Shown here one piece after another: positions 61,849-64,000 of a stretch of DNA of 64,000 nucleotides. Position 1 is the first letter of the stretch. The number at the start of each line of letters is the position of its first letter. Origin of the DNA: Malacoraja senta (taxonomy: Eukaryota); assembly GCA_038087875.1 (NCBI GenBank), contig CM075999.1, forward strand, positions 2,916,001 to 2,980,000, given 5' to 3'. The notes under the pieces were generated by a model. It saw nothing but the letters and a program-made list of their open reading frames with translations. It made no database searches and had not been told where the DNA came from. The translations under genes and the position numbers were made by a program.

Positions 61849-63188
61849 AACATGGATAGGTGAAGTTTAGGGTCAGGACCCATCCTCAGATTGAGAGACA
61901 CTGCCTCACATGCCGAGTTACTCCAGCACTTTGTGTCTTTTTTTGTTGTTACAAACCAGCATCTGCAGTTCCTAATTTCTACATCTTAAACTTATTATTA
62001 AGTTCTACTGCTGAGTGCAATTAAAAAAACCCAAAACATTTGCTACATTGGCCTCAACCCAAGAGAAGGTCAACGAAAAATATTCGAGAGAAAGTTCGAG
62101 CAACTTTAAATGAAACATCTTTATTATTTTTTTTGTGTTTTTTGTTTGCTTTTAAAAGTCTCGCCTCATTGATCCACAATGGGGAGCTGTAGTTCACTAA
62201 CTCGAACAGGAGGTGGCGGTCGCAACCGGTCGTAGACAAAATGTAAGCAATCCCAAAGCAAAAAAAATACCTAACAGAGACAGAAAGTACAATTCTACTT
62301 TATATTGGTCTTGTTCGTAATAGTTAAAATTATACACGATGCATCGGTCATAAACAGCTCCGGAGGGACAACCCCTCTCTGAAACTATCTTTAAAAATAT
62401 TTTTTTGTTGTTTTAAAACACACACACACACACACACACACACAAATACATTTAATATCCCACATTGCTGCAGTCTCAAAAGTTTCCAATTTAGGGCTGA
62501 ACAATGGTGAAAGTTCTGACGAGTCTCAAGTTTCCCCCTGCGACTTTTGATCGCTGTTACTCTCAATAAACAAAGCCCCTTATGGTCTTATCCAAACCAA
62601 AATACATATAATAACCCATTGCAGAAGATCAGAGCTTTGTCAAAAAAAGTAAAATCAATTAACAAGATGATGAGTTTGAATGCAAACGTCGAGGAGACTG
62701 CGTTTTCCACTAAAGTACCTTTTTGCGGATTGCAATGGCAGGTTAACAAATCTTCCACCGATCTTGGAGAGGGGTTAGGGATATTGTTTTTGAAGCGGAA
62801 TTTTTTTTTTAATTTTTTTTTTTTTAAACGTGTTTTCCACGAGGCGTGCGTTGTTTAAGCAAACTTCCAAGGAACAAAACACAGGCAGAGAGAGAGAGGG
62901 GGGAACCAAAATCCACAAAGGGGTTGATGTTTCTTTACAGAGTAACTCTTTGCGGTTTGCCACACACACTCCGGAGAAACGGGCGACCATTTGCAGTGCA
63001 AAATTCCCGATGTTTGTAACCGGCGAACTATATATATATATATATAATTTTTTTTGAAAGTGTTTTTTTTTTGTCTGTGAAGTTGAAAACTCGCTGTCCC
63101 ACTGTGTGTGTGTGTGTGTGTATTTGGGTGGTATGTGTGTGTTTGGATGGTGTATGTGTGTTTGTGTGTGTGTCTCTCTCTCTCTCTC

Positions 63189-63805
63189 TCAGCAGCTGAC
63201 TGTACTGTGATGCTGCTTGTTAACTAAGTCTGCAATTAAATCGAAGTCGTTGTGTACCAGCCACAGCTCGGGCAGTTCTTGATTGCGGTCTAACCCCAGT
63301 TCCAAGACGAGAGACGTCAACACGTCCTCGTCGATCAGGTCGGTGTCCATAACGTTCAAGGAGAGGGCCGGGGGGGCAGCGTGCGGGAGAGAGGGGTGCT
63401 GAGACGGAGGCAGAGAGCCGCGGTACTGGGGGCCAGCCTGAGCCAGGCCGTTGTTCATTGCCATCAGCGGGTGCCCGTGATACTGGTTGTTGAGTTTCTG
63501 CAGGTGCACCGTGGCCATCAGCTGCTGTGGGCTGAGACTGTCCAGGAACTGTTGCTGCTGTTGCTGCTGCTGGCTGCTGTACATCACGTTGGCTGGTAGC
63601 TGGTGGTGGTGCCCCATCTGCCCTGCCATGTTGGCCAAGCCGGACGCGACCTGACCACTGCGCTGCTGTCCATGCCGGCCCCGCCGTAGTGCAAGAGCTG
63701 GCTGCCCGTGTGATCTCTCCTCAGCCCCGGCTGTGCGAGCTGCGGGCCCTGCAAGCCGTTTAAACCCATCCGGTAGCTTTGAAGTCCATTGGAGCCGTCG
63801 ACCGA

Positions 63806-63847
<42 letters not shown>

Positions 63848-63880
63848 TGGATTCACCGACATCATGATATGTTCAGCCAT
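63189..63880 (-). CDS. CITED4: CITED-family coactivator (CITED4/CITED3-like), single coding exon with a 1-nt frameshift near 63640
   Basis: N-terminus MAEHIMM...YRMGLNGLQGP...LHYGG, central QLMATVHLQKLNNQY, and C-terminal CR2 domain DTDLIDEDVLTSLVLELGLDRNQELPELWL...TVSC*. Acceptor TTGCAG at 63890. The span is 692 nt (3n+2). Confidence 0.85.
63808..63847 (-). repeat. 40-nt poly-G run inside the CITED CDS (poly-Gly)
   Basis: Pure C homopolymer on the + strand. Confidence 0.95.
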
Positions 63881-64000
63881 CTCCGAGTGCTGCAAGAGAG
63901 GGGAGAGAAAAAGCACACACACAAATATTATACACTCGGTGAAAACAACTTTCTAACGCTGCCATTCCGCATTCTTGCAAAGATCTGCACACACGTTGTT

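Noticed and set aside
31866..63645. Programmed ribosomal frameshifting as the explanation for the SYAP1-like and CITED frameshifts
   Set aside because: No slippery heptamer at either site; indel error or mutation is simpler.

Overview
Repeat-rich vertebrate genomic DNA, most likely from a cartilaginous fish (skate/ray-like). This is inferred from the HE1-type V-SINE and CR1/HER1-type LINE landscape. The minus strand carries three protein-coding loci. The first is a two-exon Rab42 (Rab39-family) gene whose 3' end falls in a 200-N gap; a second, diverged Rab42-type exon 2 with no prenylation motif lies further downstream. The second is a 9-exon SYAP1-like BSD-domain gene with an apparent 1-nt frameshift in exon 5. 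The third is a CITED4/CITED3-like coding exon, also with a 1-nt frameshift. Head-to-head with the SYAP1-like gene, the plus strand has a TATA/5'TOP snoRNA host gene (SNHG12-like) carrying SNORA16, SNORA44 and SNORD99 homologues. Mobile DNA includes a near full-length CR1 LINE, dozens of tRNA-derived SINEs, a Penelope-like (GIY-YIG) element and many short Penelope-derived insertions with minimal hammerhead-ribozyme cores, hAT- and Harbinger-type MITEs, and L1, Rex1 and RTE fragments. Family assignments are from recalled sequences, not from database searches.
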